Below, in pieces: positions 60,498 through 64,000 of a DNA stretch of 64,000 nucleotides; within the stretch, counting starts at the first letter, position 1; every line of letters starts with the position of its first letter. The position numbers were made by a program, and so were the translations under genes. The notes under the pieces are model-generated. The model searched no databases, was not told where the DNA came from, and saw nothing but the letters and a program-made list of their open reading frames with translations. The stretch is from Patescibacteria group bacterium (GTDB taxonomy: Bacteria > Patescibacteriota > Patescibacteriia > JACRDY01): positions 173,011 through 237,010 of the forward strand of contig JBAZFH010000002.1 of NCBI GenBank assembly GCA_041653535.1, in the 5' to 3' direction.

Positions 60498-61487
60498 ATG
60501 GGTCAATTATTCAAAAATTTATCTCGCAACGAAAATTTCGTTGTAAAAGGGCTTTTAATAGCAGCTTTGCTAGTTCTAGCCGCGTCTATTTCTTCGACTG
60601 TTTATTCACAAATACAAGGATATGTTGGTTATGGTTATGGCTATAATGCCTGGGGCTATGGCTATGGTTATGGATCTTCTCTTCCGTCAGCTGTTAGCGA
60701 TCTTGCTTTGAGCACGACTACTAGTAGCGGCGAATTAAGAGCCAGTTGGACTGCGGTAACCACTTGTATGGATGAAACAAGTCTTGATAATTTTGCTTAT
60801 TACAAGGTTTACTGGGCTACTTCGTCAACAGACGCCAATAGCACGTCCCGTTTAAGTGCGATCGTTGCTACTCAGGGTAGTGGTACGATTAATGCTACTA
60901 TCAGTGGCTTAACAGCAGGAACTACTTATTATATGGCTATTTATACAGTTGATTCCATGGGAAACTGGAGCAATATTTCTAACGTTTCTTCTTTGGCAGC
61001 TGGTGCGACTAGCACTGCTGGTCAAAATGGCGGTGGCGGCGGTGGTGGATCAAGTACCACTACTAGTCCGACTACCGGTGAGTCAGTGCCTGTGGTTGTG
61101 GTTGCTCCTACCCCTGCTTTGGGAGTTGTCACCGGATTTACCACGCCAACTGTTACTGGGGTAAAGAGTGAATCTTTGAGAACTGGTAATTTCGCTTATG
61201 GCTACGCTCGCGTTGCTTCCCTGGCAGTGGAGCAGGGTCTGGCTAAATACCTAGCTACGAACCTGGAAAATAAATTCGGCAGAGCTACTTTCAACAGTTT
61301 GTTCCGCAAAGCCACAAAGACTTCTGGGCAATGGTGGTACGCTTATGTAAATGCTTATACTTATGGCGGCTACACATTAAAGGAAGTCCAACAAGGCGTG
61401 AAGTTTGGCGGTAAAACCGTTCATCCGACCATACCGGCTTCTGCTTGGAGAAATAGCGCGGATTATAAGGCTTACATCAATAAATAG
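60498..61487 (+). CDS. Secreted or cell-surface protein with an N-terminal hydrophobic anchor/signal, Gly-Tyr repeats, an FN3-like domain and a Ser/Thr/Gly-rich linker.
   Basis: VVKGLLIAALLVLAASISSTVYS; GYVGYGYGYNAWGYGYGYG; SWTAV...YYKVYWATSS...TYYMAIYTVD (FN3-like); GGGGGGGSSTTTSPTTGESVPVVVVAPTPA. Confidence 0.7.
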   Translation: MGQLFKNLSRNENFVVKGLLIAALLVLAASISSTVYSQIQGYVGYGYGYNAWGYGYGYGSSLPSAVSDLALSTTTSSGELRASWTAVTTCMDETSLDNFAYYKVYWATSSTDANSTSRLSAIVATQGSGTINATISGLTAGTTYYMAIYTVDSMGNWSNISNVSSLAAGATSTAGQNGGGGGGGSSTTTSPTTGESVPVVVVAPTPALGVVTGFTTPTVTGVKSESLRTGNFAYGYARVASLAVEQGLAKYLATNLENKFGRATFNSLFRKATKTSGQWWYAYVNAYTYGGYTLKEVQQGVKFGGKTVHPTIPASAWRNSADYKAYINK

Positions 61488-61506
61488 AATCTAGATAGAT
61501 AGAATA

Positions 61507-61540
61507 AAAAGACCTCGGGAAATCCGGGGTCTTTTGTATT
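61507..61540 (+). terminator. Intrinsic terminator.
   Basis: AAAAGACCTCGG-GAAAT-CCGGGGTCTTTT, a 12-bp stem with one G-U pair, followed by GTATTTT. Confidence 0.8.
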
Positions 61541-61578
61541 TTAGAAATATTTAATCTTTAGAGAGTTAAAATAGCGGC

Positions 61579-62904
61579 ATGGAAGCTAGGCGTTTTAGAT
61601 TTTATTTACTGGTTATTTTATTAATAATAGCGATTGTTCGTTATTATTTATGGTTGCCGCAAAATGAGCCACGACAAGTGATTTATTACAATGGTCAAAA
61701 GCTTGATTTTAAAGCATTAGTGGTGGACGACCCCAAATACAACATTGACTCCGGTAAATTGGTCGTACAGCCAGAAAATTTGAAAGGAAAGGTTTTGGTT
61801 ACAACAGAACTTTACCCTAGATATTATTATGGTGATTTATTACAGATTAGCTGTCGTCTTGTCGCGCCAAAAGCCAAGGAGGGCTTTGCTTACGATAAAT
61901 ATTTGGCTAAGTCCGATATTTATTCTATTTGTTATCAGCCCAAAATAAACATCGTTGCCCGTGGTCAGGGCAGCAGCATCAAGCAGGCAATTTTTGCTTT
62001 TAAACAAAAGGCAATAAGGGTAATTGATCGGCAATTGCCGTCGCCGACTTCGGCGCTACTGACCGCTATTATTTTTGGTGATACTGGTAAAATACCCGCG
62101 GCGCTGGCTGATAATTTTTCTCGAACCGGAACAACGCATATTATGGCCGTATCAGGAATGAATATTACTTTATTGGTGGCGATTATGCTTAATTTTTTGG
62201 TGGCGGTCGGTCTGCGGCGTAAAACCGCTTATTATTTTATAGTTGTATTTTTATCAACTTTTGTTTTTTTGATTGGCGCGCCGGCTTCAGCGGTACGGGC
62301 GTTGATAATGGGTATACTGTGGCTGACCGCGGCGCAAATCGGGAGAATTAACAACTCCGGTTGGGCACTTACTTTAGCCGGCGCGGTGATGCTGGCGCTT
62401 AACCCGATGTTATTATTTTACGACGCTGGTTTTCAATTATCTTTTTTATCAATGTGGGGGCTGGGTAAATTTGGTGATCTGGTAAATAGATTTTTGGAAA
62501 AAGCAAAAATACCATCGGCTTTCGCTATCCGCGAGTCTCTTGCCTCTACTATCGCCGCGCAGATTGGCACTTTACCTCTCATGGTTTATAGTTTTCACAG
62601 TATTTCTATTATTTCACTGTTAGTAAACGTTTTAGTTTTGCCAGTAATACCAGTGGTGATGATTACCGGGTTGATTTTAGTTACTCTAGGCTTGGCGATT
62701 AAGGTATCGTTAATATTTTTATCATGGTTCGTATATTTATTTTTGTACTACATGGTCGGCATAATTAATTTTTTTGGAAAAGTGGATTTTGCGGCTTTAA
62801 ACATCAATATTGGCTTGTGGTCGGTCGTGGTTTACTATTTGTTGTTATTAGTAGCGCTTTATTGGAAGAAAGTAATTTTATGCTACCAAAGATTAAAAAA
62901 ATAA
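61579..62904 (+). CDS. comEC: ComEC/Rec2 DNA-uptake channel, N-terminal part (DUF4131 plus competence domain).
   Basis: Periplasmic OB-like N-terminus, then TGTTHIMAVSGMNITLL and multiple TM helices. Confidence 0.8.
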   Translation: MEARRFRFYLLVILLIIAIVRYYLWLPQNEPRQVIYYNGQKLDFKALVVDDPKYNIDSGKLVVQPENLKGKVLVTTELYPRYYYGDLLQISCRLVAPKAKEGFAYDKYLAKSDIYSICYQPKINIVARGQGSSIKQAIFAFKQKAIRVIDRQLPSPTSALLTAIIFGDTGKIPAALADNFSRTGTTHIMAVSGMNITLLVAIMLNFLVAVGLRRKTAYYFIVVFLSTFVFLIGAPASAVRALIMGILWLTAAQIGRINNSGWALTLAGAVMLALNPMLLFYDAGFQLSFLSMWGLGKFGDLVNRFLEKAKIPSAFAIRESLASTIAAQIGTLPLMVYSFHSISIISLLVNVLVLPVIPVVMITGLILVTLGLAIKVSLIFLSWFVYLFLYYMVGIINFFGKVDFAALNINIGLWSVVVYYLLLLVALYWKKVILCYQRLKK

Positions 62905-63749
62905 TTTTGTGGTTAGTGTTGCTCGAGATGGTTTTAGTTGTACTATTTTTTTTATCTTTTCGTTTTGGTTGGTCAAGTAAAAAAATAGAAGTGGTTTTTT
63001 GTGACGTCGGTCAAGGCGACGCAATGCTAATAAAAACTTTTACCGGTCAAGACGTTCTTATTGACGGTGGACCAGGGGATGCGGTTTTGAGCTGCCTTGG
63101 TAATCATTTGCCGTTTTATGACCGTAGTCTGGATTTGGTAATACTCACACATCCGCATCAAGACCATCTGGGTGGGCTAGTCGCAGTTTTGGATAAATAT
63201 AGCGTTAATAGTATTATTGCTAGCGGTCTTGATATTGCCGTAGGTAATGCAACGGGTAAGGAACTAGGGCAAAAGATAAAGGAGAAAAATATTAAAACCA
63301 CTAGTGCTGTCGCTGGTCAGGTGGTTGATTTTGGACAAGGAATAAAGATGGAAATATTATTTCCCTTAAGTAAAAAAAATGACTCCAAAAAAGATTTGAA
63401 TGATATTTCTATAGTTAGCCGTCTGGTTTATAAAGATAATGAATTTTTATTTATGGGCGACGCCGGGATTGAGACGGAAGAAGTGATTTTGTTAAGCAAT
63501 AAAAATGTATCAAGTGACGTTTTAAAAGTTGGTCATCATGGCAGTTTTTATTCCAGTAGTGAAAATTTTTTGCAGGCAGTTTTACCAAAAGTAGCAGTTA
63601 TTTCCGTCGGTGAAAACAACAAGTTTGGTCATCCGTCTAATTTAGTCGTCAAGAGATTGGAAAGACGCGGGGTCAGGATTTTTCGTACCGACCAAGACGG
63701 CGATATTGTATTGATAAGCGATGGGGTAAAAATTTATGACAAAAATTAA
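62880..63749 (+). CDS. comEC: ComEC C-terminal metallo-beta-lactamase domain, encoded as a separate overlapping ORF.
   Basis: An N-terminal TM, then VLIDGGPG...LVILTHPHQDHLGGL...VGHHGS (MBL fold). It overlaps the upstream ORF by 25 nt in another frame, across an A8 tract at 62895-62902. Confidence 0.7.
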   Translation: MLPKIKKIILWLVLLEMVLVVLFFLSFRFGWSSKKIEVVFCDVGQGDAMLIKTFTGQDVLIDGGPGDAVLSCLGNHLPFYDRSLDLVILTHPHQDHLGGLVAVLDKYSVNSIIASGLDIAVGNATGKELGQKIKEKNIKTTSAVAGQVVDFGQGIKMEILFPLSKKNDSKKDLNDISIVSRLVYKDNEFLFMGDAGIETEEVILLSNKNVSSDVLKVGHHGSFYSSSENFLQAVLPKVAVISVGENNKFGHPSNLVVKRLERRGVRIFRTDQDGDIVLISDGVKIYDKN

Positions 63750-63874
63750 AAGCGAGAAAGAAAATTAGACCATTTGTTGTCACATTAATTATATCGCCGT
63801 CAGTTTTTATTTTGTAACGATTATTCGTGTTGGTCCGTTTTTGGTGTGGTAGCAGGCGGTAATGTCCTGTCGCC

Positions 63875-63902
63875 TTGCCAAAAGGACGTATTTTGCTATA
63901 AT
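63875..63902 (+). promoter_or_regulatory. Sigma-70-like promoter for ndk.
   Basis: TTGCCA (63875-63880), 16-nt spacer, TATAAT (63897-63902), 33 nt upstream of the ATG at 63936. Confidence 0.5.
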
Positions 63903-63935
63903 AGAGCCAATAATTTTTTAAAAAGAAAAATCATA

Positions 63936-64000
63936 TGGAACACCCAAAAGAGGAAAAAACCCTGGTTATCATTAAACCAGACGGAGTACAAAGAACATTG
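63936..64000 (+). CDS. ndk: Nucleoside diphosphate kinase, 5' end. Continues beyond the window.
   Basis: MEHPKEEKTLVIIKPDGVQRTL matches the NDK N-terminus (ERTL.IIKPDGVQR). Confidence 0.75.

Overview
This is a low-GC bacterial window, all read from sequence, with two parts. Gene content fits a small-genome, Patescibacteria/CPR-like or Firmicutes-like lineage, but that placement is a guess.

The first ~19 kb is a housekeeping block: rny (3' end), a ymdB-like phosphoesterase, hup, clpP, nrnA, rbfA, infB, trxA, a TrmB-family regulator, an amidohydrolase with split coaB and coaC, several small Cys-rich proteins, trxB, gdhA, rnhB and leuS.

leuS is abnormal. Its 1154-aa ORF carries two in-frame insertions. 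One is an IS200/RAYT-like HUH tyrosine-transposase domain bracketed by two perfect palindromes. The other is a YdeN/RBBP9-like alpha/beta serine-hydrolase domain.

From ~18.9 kb to ~60.3 kb there is a ~41-kb gene array, all on the plus strand and tightly or overlappingly packed. It looks like an elaborate surface-glycan or glycoconjugate biosynthesis system:
- a sugar-1-P nucleotidyltransferase;
- apt with mtnP, a likely SAM by-product salvage pair;
- a polyprenol-P GT2, two further GT2s, four GT4s and one fused double GT4;
- a Wzx-like flippase;
- NDP-sugar enzymes: a PseB/CapE-like dehydratase, an RmlD-like reductase, a cupin and two SDR epimerases, one of which carries a zinc-ribbon insertion;
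- a CE4 deacetylase and a DUF218 protein;
- a nucleotidyltransferase-fold protein and a phosphodiesterase-type protein;
- at least seven SAM methyltransferases;
- five radical SAM enzymes: three B12-binding class B and two SPASM-type;
- three very large paralogous polytopic membrane proteins, putatively GT-C-like.

After the array come a strongly promoted Ser/Thr-rich surface protein with an FN3-like segment, a comEC gene split into two overlapping ORFs, and the start of ndk.

I found no rRNA, tRNA or CRISPR. Intergenic regions contain short tandem repeats and strong palindromes.
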